A stretch of 64,000 nucleotides of DNA from NCBI GenBank assembly GCA_008632985.1, contig QPGO01000040.1, positions 191,719 through 255,718 of the forward strand, read 5' to 3'. The DNA is from Psammoneis japonica. Its lineage: Eukaryota. The notes below the pieces were generated by a model that was not told where the DNA came from, searched no databases, and worked only from the letters and a program-made list of their open reading frames with translations. Each line of letters opens with the position of its first letter. Position 1 is the stretch's first letter. Both the position numbers and the translations under genes were made by a program. Positions 11,712-22,529 of the stretch are shown here, piece by piece.

Positions 11712-14700
11712 GATTGACAGTCTTGCTCATTGTCAACCCATTGAGCAACCGCCATCATCGTCGTTGATTTACCGACGACGCCATTTCAATTCTGTGTGGA
11801 CCTCCGCATGTGTTCTACATACATCGGCAAGTCCACACGCATTCAACACCAGGCATCGGCAGGAATTTAACGTCACCGTCAAGTCTCCTTGCCACTGGAT
11901 GTCTGGATTGATCACACTGCTTTTGATCGCTGAAGACACGCATCAACGGCCATGGCCAAGTCTGTCCTTGATCCTCATCCCTTGACATGCCCATTCATTG
12001 GTTGACGGTCAAGAACCCTGCATGTTCAAGGATCTTCGTCGCTGAAGACATGTGTGCGTGCACATCTTCACGGCCAAGAACTTGCACCCACTCTTCGGAC
12101 CACGGTTTTGCCACCACTCTACAAGCACACCGAGTCCATTGCACCTGATCCACCCCGGACTGCTGGTGCTCTGCAGATCTGCTGGGTCCACGAGGACAAC
12201 TGTGAGAGCAAGCAGCCGTGATTGCAGCCTGCGTTGGGGCGAGGGTGCTTTCCCGCGTTTGTTCATCCGTCCACAGTGCCTGACGCCTGCGTCAACTGGC
12301 CTGCCTGATCGGGAAATCCAACCGACATAAAATAAGAACGGTTCGGGGGTCTTGTCCACCTCCAGTCAGCTCACCTGCAGGGGTTTGCAACCCGCTGCTC
12401 TGCTCGTGGGCAACCCAAAGCGCCGCCAGCTGCGGGTTCGGACGTGCCGGCACAACTCTGCGGACCGGATGGGAAGTTTAGCACTTGACAACGAATGGGA
12501 CAGCACAGCCCAGCGACTTCTGATTTTCAAGGCAGTTCAAGATTTCAAGTCAAGTCTGTTTCAAGTCAAGTCTGTTCTCACCCAAGTTTCAAGTCTACCT
12601 TCGCTTCCCAACAAGAATTGCTTGTCCTGACACCACTTTTGTCCACCATGGTTCTCACTCGTCAGCAACAAACTGATGGTTTCGAGCACGTTGTTGGAAC
12701 CGTGCTTGCCCAAGGTGCTGGGAGCCCTCTTCGTTTGGCTTTGACCCAAGATGGCACGGACTCGCATCAAGAACTGTTCACGTTCATGCCGTCCCAAATC
12801 GACTCGCTTGAGTGCGACAACGGCACTGATGTGATCCCTTTGCCCCGCGGTTATAAGAACATGTTAGCAGCTCCAATTGGTCTGTACATTGTCAAAGCAC
12901 ACGAAGGTCTTGACGTTGCCAATGACTCCTCGTTGTTCACGCATGACGAGTTCCTTGCCCACCGCCTCAGCCCCGACTGCATGTCTTCTGTGTCCATCGG
13001 CAGCTCACCCCTCGCACCTCCACATGTCACCAACCCGACCAAGGCACGTGACCCGGTGCGAGACTTCAAGCGAGGCATCAAGCGTGATCCCACCGCTTTC
13101 ACGGCTCTCAAATCCGACAAGCAGTGGCACACTTGGCACACCTCACTTGTGGCACAAGCCCGTGCCCAAGATGTCGAGTGCATTCTAGACTCGTCGTACA
13201 AACCGACCAGTCCCGAAGACAAACTGCTCTTTGCTGAACAGCAAAAGTGCATGTTCGCCGTCTTCGAACGCATCCTTCTCACCGACAAGGGCAAGGCTCT
13301 CATCCGTGAAAATGTGGGGTCTTCTGATGCCCAGACCGTCTGCCGCGCCTTGTCTGAGCATGCGCTTGCCTCCACCCGCGCATCTGTCGAGTCCTCCACC
13401 TTGCTCACGTGCCTTGCCACCGCACGTCTTGGTGATGGCACTTGGAAAGGTCCGACCCACGGGTTCATCCTTCATTGGCAAGATCAGTTGCGCAAGTGCA
13501 AGGCACTCATCCCGGCCAGTGACCACTTCTCTGAAGGACAGAAGCGCGTCATGCTCGAGAATGCCGCACACCCTGTCGAGGAACTCCGTGCTGTCAAGAA
13601 CCAAGCTGATCAGCATCGCACGCAGAGTGGCAAGAGCCTCACATGCGATCAACACTGTGGCTTGCTCCTCTCCGCGGCAGCTCAATGCGACAGTGCGTTT
13701 CAACCCAAGACGACACCTCGAGCTCCCCGACGTGCCATGTGTGCACACGATGTCTGCTCCAACGAACCGTCCGACGATGTGTTCTGCAACATTGACGTCC
13801 TTCAGGCCAATGCTGCCTGCACCCGTGGTCCCAGCCTCACCGGTGACCAATGGAAACGTCTCCCTCCCGACCACCAACGGATTTGGGATTCGTTGCCCCA
13901 TTCCTTCAAGGTGATCATCCTTGAGCATTCTCGCCCGCCTCCCCGCAACCAGCGAGCCAGCAACTGCCATGAGTCCATTGCGGCCAACCTTCACAACCAA
14001 CGCCTTGGGAGTGACGGTGATGTCAACTTGTCCAACACGACTCCTGCTGACTCTGGTGACCCTGCTCCAAATGTGGAAGCCACGTCGGATGATCCCATCC
14101 TGGCGCACCTCACCAAGCGCAAGCCACTGCCACCCGGTGATCTGCAACGTCTGTTGTCTCCTAACCAAGCCCCCAATGCCAGTCGACTGGGGCCACCCGC
14201 TGCTGCCTCTGCCCCACCAGCTTCTGCCGATGACATGGAACTTAACGGCCGCACTCACCGCCGCGTCAAAGACCACAATGTCATTTGCTCTGCCTCTGCT
14301 CATCGCTCCACATGCACTGGTGCTCTGGTCGATCGTGGGGCCAATGGCGGCATTGCTGGCGACGACGTTCGCGTCATTGCACGCACCTCTTGCCAAGTCG
14401 ACGTTCAGGGCATTGATGACCACCAATTGGTGGACATCCCCATTGTCACCGCTGGTGCCGTCATTGAGACCCAGCGTGGTCCCGTCATTGCCATCCTCCA
14501 TCAGCGCGCATGCACGGGCAAGGGCAAGACCATTCATTCCTGCGGCCAGCTCGAATGGTGCAAACAGGATGTCAACAATCGCTCTGTCAAGGTGCCCAAC
14601 GGCTTGCAACGTGTTGCCACTCCTGATGGCTGTGTCATCCCAATTGACATCAAGGGCGGCCTGCCTCATGTTGCTGTGCGACCTTGCACTGATGCCGAAT

Positions 14701-17700
14701 GGGACACCCTGCCCCATGTCATCCTCACTGGTGATGACACATGGGATCCTTCCGTCCTCGATCACTCTGTCACTGACGACGACCAGTGGTGCGACACGAT
14801 CTCTGACCTGCAGGACGATCCCACTGCCAACCCATTTGACGAACACGGCAACTGCCATCATCGTGTCGTTGTCAACGAGACCATCATGTCCGCTTCCTTG
14901 TCTGCCGATCATGCGTTGGCCCTCGATGATCACCTCATTCCGAACAACGACGTGTTCTGCGAGTGTCATCTACACGCGATTGACCCCAAGGACGATGACG
15001 TCCTGCCCCCGGAGCGCACTGTGCAGCCCAAGGACCCCCCCTTCGAGTCTCTTCGGCCTCACTTTGGCTTCCCACCTGCCGATGCGGTCCGTCGCACTTT
15101 TGACTGCACCAAGCAGTGCGCCCGCATGCCCGCCGGCACACACCTTGGGAAGGCCTGCAAATCACCCAACCCCACCCTCAATGTGCACCGCCACAACGAG
15201 CCTGTCGCCACTGACACCATTCATGCCGACACCCCGGCCATCGACTCTGGTTGCACCAGCGCCCAACTGTTTGTTGGCACCGAGTCTGCTGTCACTGACG
15301 TCTGCGGCACCAAGACGGACAAGGAGTTTGTCAACACACTCAAGGATCAGATCCGTGAGCGTGGTGCCCCATCCAAATTCATTGGCGACCGTGCTCAAGT
15401 TGAGATCAGCAACAAGGTGCTCGGGATTCTACGAGCCCTCTTCATCTCCAGCTGGCAAAGTGAGCCTCACCAGCAACACCAAAACTTTGCCGAGCGTCGA
15501 CACCAGACCGTGAAGCACATGGCAAACACTGTCATGGATCGTTTTGGTTCGCCTGCCCACACATGGCTGCTGGCGCTCATGTGCGTGTGCTTCATGCTCA
15601 ACCATGCAGCGTCCCCAAGTCTCCACTGGTGCACGCCCCTCAAGACTCTCACTGGCTCCACCCCGGACATCAGCCCATTGCTTCGCTTTCACTGGTGGGA
15701 ACCCGTGTGCTTCCACCTCGATGACTCCGATTGGCCGTCCGAATCCCGTGAGTTGCGTGGACGCTTTGTTGGCATTGCTGAGCACGTCGGCCACCAGATG
15801 ACCTTCAAGATTCTCTCTGACGAGACTCAGAAGATCCTCTGCCGGTCCAACGTCCGATCCGCCACCACCGATCCTGCCATTCGAAACCTGCGTCTTGATC
15901 CTCCTGATGGGGAGCCACCTGAACCCATCATCAAATCTCGCCATGACGACAACCCCGTCGATTCTCCTGATGGGGAGATCAGGACACCCAAGATGCCAGT
16001 TTTCGATCCGCAAGACATCATCGGACGCACCTTCCTCATGCAGCCACAAGAGGATGGACAACGCCACAGAGCTCGCATCGTCAAGGCCGTCGAAGACCAC
16101 GAATGGAAAGTGAACGGCAATCCCGAGCTCACTGAGTTCGTCTGCTCTGTCAACAACGACGAATGCGAGGAAGTCCTTGCCTGCAACGACATCATGAATC
16201 ACATTGAGCAAGAAGACGAAGACACTGCTGTTTGGAAATTTCGACGCATCGTGCCACACGAAGGACCTCTGAAGCCTCATGACCCAACCTGGAAAGGCTC
16301 AAGCTACAACATCATGCTTGAATGGGAAAGTGGGGAGATCACGTCCGAGCCTCTTGCCATCATCGCCAAGGACGACCCCATCACCTGCGCCATCTATGCA
16401 CGAGAGAACGGACTTCTCGACACTGATGGCTGGAAGCGGTTCCGCGCCATCGCGAGGCGCCAGAAGAAGCCATTTCGCATGGCCAACCAAGCCAAGCTTC
16501 GCTCCTTCCGCACTGCACCTTGCTGCAAGTGCGGATGCGAAGTTCCCCGGAACTGCAAACATGCCATGTCACCAGACGAATGCAATGGCAACCGCAAATG
16601 GGGAGACGCAACTAATCTCGAGATGGACCAACTCGGGGAATGCGAAGTCTTCCATGACTGCGGGCCCTTCGAGTCTTCCACTCCTCCTGCTGGACACAAG
16701 AAGATCCGAGTGCACCCAGTGTACGACGTGAAACACGACGGTCGCCACAAGGCACGACTTGTAGCCGATGGGCACCTCACGGACGTACCCATCGACAGTG
16801 TCTGCTCCGGAGTGGTCTCCCTCCGTGGCCTTCGGCTGATGATTTTCCTGGCCGAACTCAACGAGTTGGAGACATGGGCCACCAACATTGGCAATGCCTG
16901 CCTTGAAGCCACCACCAAGGAGAAGCTCTACATTGCAGCCGGACCCGAATTTGGCAAACTCGAAGGACACATCCTTGTCATCCACAAGGCCCTGCATGGA
17001 CTGCGCAGCTCCGGTCTCCGCTGGCACGAGCGCTTCGCCGACTGCCTGCAAGCTGAAGGCTTCTTCCCCTGCCACGCTGAACCCGACATTTGGATGCGCA
17101 GGAACGGCAACCACTGTGAATGCATTGCCGTTTGTGTGGATGACCTCGCCATTGCCATGAAGGACCCTCAATCTTTCGTCGACACTCTCACGGAAAAGCA
17201 CAAGTTCAAGCTCAAGGGTGCGGGACCCATTGAGTTCCATCTGGGTTGCGACTTTTCCCGGGATCCTGACGGCACCTTGTGCCTGTCTCCGCGCAAGTAC
17301 ATCAAGCGCATGGTCGACAGCTGCACCCGACTGTTTGGGGAGAAACCTGCCACCAACGCCCTGTCACCTCTGGAGAAGGGTGACCACCCCGAACTGGACA
17401 CTTCCGAACTGCTGGAGCCCGATGGCATTCACAAGTTCCAGTCTCTTGTTGGTTCACTCCAATGGGCAGTGTCCCTTGGTCAAATTGACATCACCACAGC
17501 CGTCATGTCACTCTCCAGCTTCCAAGCTGCGCCCCGTCAAGGCCACTTGGATCATGCCAAACGCGTCTGTGGGTGCCTCTCCAAGATGCAACACGGCGCT
17601 CTCCGCGTTCGTGCGGAAGAGCCCGACTGTTCGGATCTCCCTGCTCCGGCCTGTGAATGGATGCATTCCGTGTGCAGCGAAGCAGAAGAGATGATCCCGA

Positions 17701-18090
17701 AGGACGCTCCACCGCCCCTTGGCAAGTTCGTCACTGCCACCCACCATGTCGATGCAAACTTGTGCCATTGCATGCTCACCGGATGCTCTGTCATGGGAAT
17801 GCTCCACTTCCTCAACAAATTCCCGGCTGATTGGTTCTCTAAGAAGCAAGCCACCATGGAGACTGCGACCTGCGGGTCTGAATTTGTTGCCGCAAGGACT
17901 TGTGTCGAGCAGATTGTCGACCTGCGCATCACCCTGCACCACCTTGGCGTCCCGATCCGCAATGTCAGTTGCATGTTCGGTGACAACAAGTCGGTTGCAG
18001 ACAGTGCCACCATCCCGCACTCCAAGTTGCACAAGTGACACACCGCACTGTCGTTCCACCGTGTGCGCGAGGCAATTGCCTCTGGTCACC
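11712..18090 (+). mobile_element. Ty1/copia LTR retrotransposon (diatom CoDi-like), truncated: partial 5' LTR/leader, no 3' LTR
   Basis: Single gag-pol ORF in copia order: protease (ALVDRGANGG), integrase (ATDT..D..IGDRAQVE..QNFAERR), RT, RNase H. Homology stops abruptly after FHRVREAIASGH at ~18090. Confidence 0.95.
12648..18090 (+). pseudogene. Hypermutated gag-pol polyprotein (frame intact, many missense changes)
   Basis: About 1800 codons without a frameshift and only ~8 Tyr. CVDD at 17133-17144 replaces YVDD; also ALHGL, GNACLEA, ATCGSEF, SCMFGDN. Premature TGA at 18036-18038 falls in KLHK(R)HTALSFHRVRE (CGA->TGA). Confidence 0.92.
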
Positions 18091-18108
18091 TGCCTTCAAT
18101 TTCTGTCA
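18091..18108 (+). repeat. Right copy of the 18-bp direct repeat
   Basis: tgccttcaatttctgtca starts exactly where RNase H homology ends. Confidence 0.92.
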
Positions 18109-19029
18109 CTCAAAACAGCAAGCTCTTTCCATCATGGCAAATGGCTGAGTGGCAGCTCAGAGCTGGGGCACTGCTTGACAAGACATTGACAGCATGCTCT
18201 TTTGTTTTTTTTGCACATGGCTGCTTTTGGAGAGCCCCCATGATTTGCAAGGCATGCCAGCCAGCATGCCGCAACGTCACGTGTGCAGCAAGCTCAGCCA
18301 ACAAGAAGGCACAATGACCAAGTTTTCTGACCAAGGCTTTGAGCCCTTCTCTGCTTCTCAGATTTTGTCTTTGTCAACAGTGCTGGGAGAAAAAACTTGT
18401 GTGCACTTCCCTGTTCTGGAGCAGCCAGCTTGCTCGCTTCTCTAAAGTCAAGAACACACTTCTGCCATTCGCTGCTGTGGTTTGTGTCACATTTTCAAAT
18501 GAAGGTTTGAACAACAGCAACAAACAATGCTTGATGTGTGTGTGTGTGGTCTCTCATCATTCTTGTTTGTTGGAGAGGATGCTTTCCTCTTCAATGGTGC
18601 CAAGAAAGTGCGCACATTTCCGAGCAGAACCAACATTGTTTCTTTCTCAGCTGATGATTCCAACTCGAGATTCGATTCCAGTTCAGCACTGTGACCGACC
18701 GTCTGGAGGGGCAATAATGCACGCCAGATGCTTGGTGGCATTCATAGTCGTGTATTGGACACTTTCGCATTCAAAAATGAAACAAGATTTATGCGTAAGA
18801 ATGTCCGTCCAAAAGATACGACCGAATTGATTGAATCCTTGCAACGTGATCATTTTATGTGATGGTCATGGAACCAAACACTTAAACTGATTGAAAGCAA
18901 CAAAGAAGGAAAGAAAAGGTAAGTATCCAGCGGTTTGTGTAGTTACCATGTTTTCACAACACATGGTGGTGAACTCGACATTGCCTTTCTCTCTCTTATG
19001 TAGCACAGACAATAATCACGAGACCCATC

Positions 19030-20208
19030 ATGAAGCTCTTCGCAGCCGGACTCCTCCTCGTCCTTAGCATCGCTGGTGTCATCTCGGCCGTCAACGGAGA
19101 ACAAGGACTGCGAGCTTCTGCTTTCGAAAAGAATGAAGAAACCGACATCATCAACAGTAACTCCAACATGCGTCAGCTTGACTCGGACAGCCGGCCTTGT
19201 TTCACGGTGAAGAAAACCGCACACGGTCATTCAAAGCCGTGTACTGTGAAAGAGAAGAACAGCCGCCGTCCTGCGTCTTACATTATTGGAGGAACTCCTG
19301 TCGAGAGCGACGAGTACACCGATGGCGTCGGCATCCTTCAAGTAGCCGGTCCGGATACCGTGTACACAGACCCCTTTTGCAGCGGCACCCTAATTAGCGA
19401 GCGTGTGGTGCTTACCGCAGCTCACTGTCTTGACGTGGGCAGCCTGGGCAACCCAATCGCGGTTCCTCCTGATCAGATTAAGGTTTACTTCGGCACCAAT
19501 CCCGAGGAAGAGATATCGAGAGGCACATTTAATGACTACGTCGTTGATGTCGAAGAAACCATAATCCACCCCGACTACAACGATAGGAGGTTGTTAAAAG
19601 ATATTGCCCTAATCCGACTTGCGGTTCCGGGAACTCTTACTGGTTCCACTCCCGTCCCGCATCTTCCATCAAGCATGGCCCTCAAACGTCAAGACATTGG
19701 GACTCAACTCTACTTTGTGGGATTTGGTTTGGATGATATCAACAACCCAAGCACAACCGTGAAACGATATGGTGCTGGCGTCACCCTGGAACGCATCACT
19801 AAGGATCCTGGCCTTCGGTATGCCCAGGATGGCACTAACGGGCCTTGTTATGGAGACAGCGGTGGAGGAACCTATGTTGTCAAGGACGGCAATACTTTTG
19901 TAGCCGGCGCCGTTTCCTATGGCGATGCACAATGCAGCAGCTATGGCGTCAGCACCAAGGTCGACGAGTTTGATGATTGGATCAACGGATTAATTGGTGT
20001 TACCACATCTTCTTGTGGTGATGGGACGTGCGACCCGGATGAATCCTGCAACAACTGCGTATCGGATTGTGGTGAATGTCCCAACGAATGTGGGACAACG
20101 CAATCTGGGAAAAAATGCAAATCACCTACGCAGTGCATCTCCTGCGTTTGTGTCAAGAGAAGTAGCTCTGATAAGTTTGGCCAATGCGAAGAAAAAAGTG
20201 ATTGGTGA
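19030..20208 (+). CDS. Secreted S1 (trypsin/chymotrypsin-fold) serine protease with Cys-rich C-terminal tail
   Basis: Signal peptide, IIGG activation site, and triad motifs LTAAHC, DIALIRL, GPCYGDSGG. CGDGTC..DESC..C..DC tail. Intronless. Confidence 0.93.
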   Translation: MKLFAAGLLLVLSIAGVISAVNGEQGLRASAFEKNEETDIINSNSNMRQLDSDSRPCFTVKKTAHGHSKPCTVKEKNSRRPASYIIGGTPVESDEYTDGVGILQVAGPDTVYTDPFCSGTLISERVVLTAAHCLDVGSLGNPIAVPPDQIKVYFGTNPEEEISRGTFNDYVVDVEETIIHPDYNDRRLLKDIALIRLAVPGTLTGSTPVPHLPSSMALKRQDIGTQLYFVGFGLDDINNPSTTVKRYGAGVTLERITKDPGLRYAQDGTNGPCYGDSGGGTYVVKDGNTFVAGAVSYGDAQCSSYGVSTKVDEFDDWINGLIGVTTSSCGDGTCDPDESCNNCVSDCGECPNECGTTQSGKKCKSPTQCISCVCVKRSSSDKFGQCEEKSDW

Positions 20209-20724
20209 GACAATGAATGAATGATGAGTTGATTTGCACCCATGTGTACGTGTTTGAGGTAATTTTAGAGAAGAGAATCGACCATTTTAGAATTTCGATA
20301 AGTGAATATAAGTGTTTCTAAGCGAACTCGCATGAGACCAACCCTCTTTATTTGCTCATATTGCGACGTGCAGTCGTTGCAATTCTCAACATCGGTTCTA
20401 CACACAAGTTGATCGACATAAAAGCTACTAGAACATTAGTAGCATCCATTTGTTAGTGAGACACTGCTGATCAGTTTCTCTGCTTCTTCGTGTGTGTAGA
20501 GAGAGAGAGAGAGATGATCGCTTCCATCGGTGCTTTTTTAATCGGCCAGGGGCAACTATGCTTTAGTCTAGATTTCGATGTTTCGGATCTTTCCAGATGG
20601 TGTTCTGTGCGGCAGTCCAAGAAGAAGCTCTTTAGCATGGGATCTCAAAACAGGATGTACGCAGAGAGCGTTGGCCTTGCAAGAGATAGAGCTACTAAAG
20701 CCGGCGACCATTACTATATTGTCA

Positions 20725-22366
20725 TCATAATTCCGACGAGTGTCCCTCATCGTCACTACTCGCCATGAGTTCCTCACTTGCTGCTGTGCTACTAGTGTCA
20801 CTCGAATTGCCCAAACTCCTGCATTCATGAGTATGAATGAGTCGTTTTCTCGTCGTGGAAAATCCCATGTTTGGCAAGACATCTGCTTGAAGCATGAAAA
20901 AGTTGTACTTGACCAAGTGCATTTCGGAGTTGTGAGTTTCCGAAACACCGTGTCGCTCATCCCACTCCTTGCACAAATAACCCCAGAGCGCTTCACCTTG
21001 CTCTCCCTCGAGCTCTGCCAAGTATGGAAAGGAGCGCCACCGTCCAGGACGTGACGTCGAGGTACATGGAGCCCCCGTACCCGGCATGGACCATTCAACC
21101 GTATCCGATTTGCCCCAAACGTCCACCACGTTGCCATTCTCCAAGAGTCCGGGTGCGATTTCCCACGTTACATACTCTTCGGCTCCGACAAAAACATTCC
21201 AACGGTTATGTAACAACGTACTCCAAATGTGCTTCATGGACTGATTGCATTCTTCTGTCAATAATTCAAACCACAGGGAACCGCAAACAATACCAACAAT
21301 GCAAATAGATGAAATCGCTGTCCACCACACGGGCTCTCCCATCTGCGCTTTTGTTCCGTTGCGACCATTCTTTGTGGTCTGAGATGGAACCTGTGTTGAC
21401 GTTGTCAGACCGGGTACAAACACACTGACGGCACAATTGGCCACTAAACTGAGCAAGACGGTATTCCTCAGCGTGATTGCAATTCCAATATGCAGCGACC
21501 ACAAGAGAGCCACTGCGGTCCACTGGGTACGCGTTGCACCAAAGTAGCTCGCCACGAGCGCCACTGGAATGGCAAGTAGCTCTACCCAAACTACGGTGGG
21601 TGTCAAGAGACGTAGACCGGTGGGTCCCATGAGTGCATAAAAGTATCTAGCTCCAATGGTGTGACGAGCGTAGGTATCGAGTGCGGGCAACGGGTCTGCA
21701 TGGAACGTCCACCCACCGAGTGGGTCCGTGAGTTTACCATAGCCAGCATCAAGATATAGCCACAGCACTTGCAGTTTGATGCAAATGGTTGCCAGGTTGA
21801 TACTGTACTCGTTATCCTTTCCGACTTGCAGTTTGTTCCCTCCAATGCTCCAACATTGGTCCAGCGGCGGTAAGAAAATGGCATAAAAGAGCAAGTAATG
21901 AAAGTACCGATCGAGAATAAAATTTAACCACGTGTTTCGCAGTGTCAAGCTCAAATAGAGCCACCACGATGCAAACGCCATGGTTCTTGTGCGAATTCCC
22001 AGCGTAAAGAGTACAGAACAAATCACTTGAATCCCCAACAACACTTGCTGCGCCTGTACGGAGCCGAACCAACAGTGAATGCAGATTTTCTTGTATAATT
22101 CATCGACATCTGGCATTAATAGATGCAAGGGTAATGTGCTACAGGATTATGCAAACAAGAAAAGAAATTAAGAAACAAACGATGAACAGTACTACTTTCT
22201 TCAGAATAAGTGCTTTTGCATACCCTTGATCAGAATAAAACGCAGGTAAAACTCGAAAGCGGAGGACCAATTCACACGTCAAAAGAGTTCCGAGACAGAC
22301 ACGGTACAGAGACAAGGCCTGATAATGACAGCCCCACATGGAACGCCATCCCTTTGTCATTTTCAT
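20725..22366 (-). CDS. HTTM-domain (vitamin-K-dependent carboxylase-like) membrane protein; 2 exons
   Basis: ALSLYRVCLG..LRF....FYSDQG|TLP N-terminus, LGIRTR....SWWLYLSL..RN, QVLWLYLDAGYGK and GRWRSF; many TM segments; GT-AG intron 22139-22223. Confidence 0.75.
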
Positions 22367-22529
22367 TTATCTCTTGAGAGGCGTTGATGGTTGATGGTTG
22401 TTTGAATATAGATGTTTGCGATTTGCGATCTTTTTTTATGATGGGTGATGGGTGATGGGTGCGAGCGATCTTCCGCCGATGACGAACACAAAATGTAGTG
22501 GAAACCACTTTCTATCCCCAAATAAAAAG

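Larger units (their letters stand above)
9500..18740. other. TpA-depleted hypermutated domain 1
   Basis: Only a few dozen TA dinucleotides by eye in ~9.2 kb; TG/CA excess; ORFs rich in Cys/His and nearly free of Tyr. TA returns abruptly at ~18745. Confidence 0.93.

Noticed and set aside
12648..18038. Alternative genetic code, or an active Cys-type RT, as the explanation of CVDD
   Set aside because: Neighbouring genes use Tyr codons normally, and TA loss also affects non-coding DNA and all codon positions.
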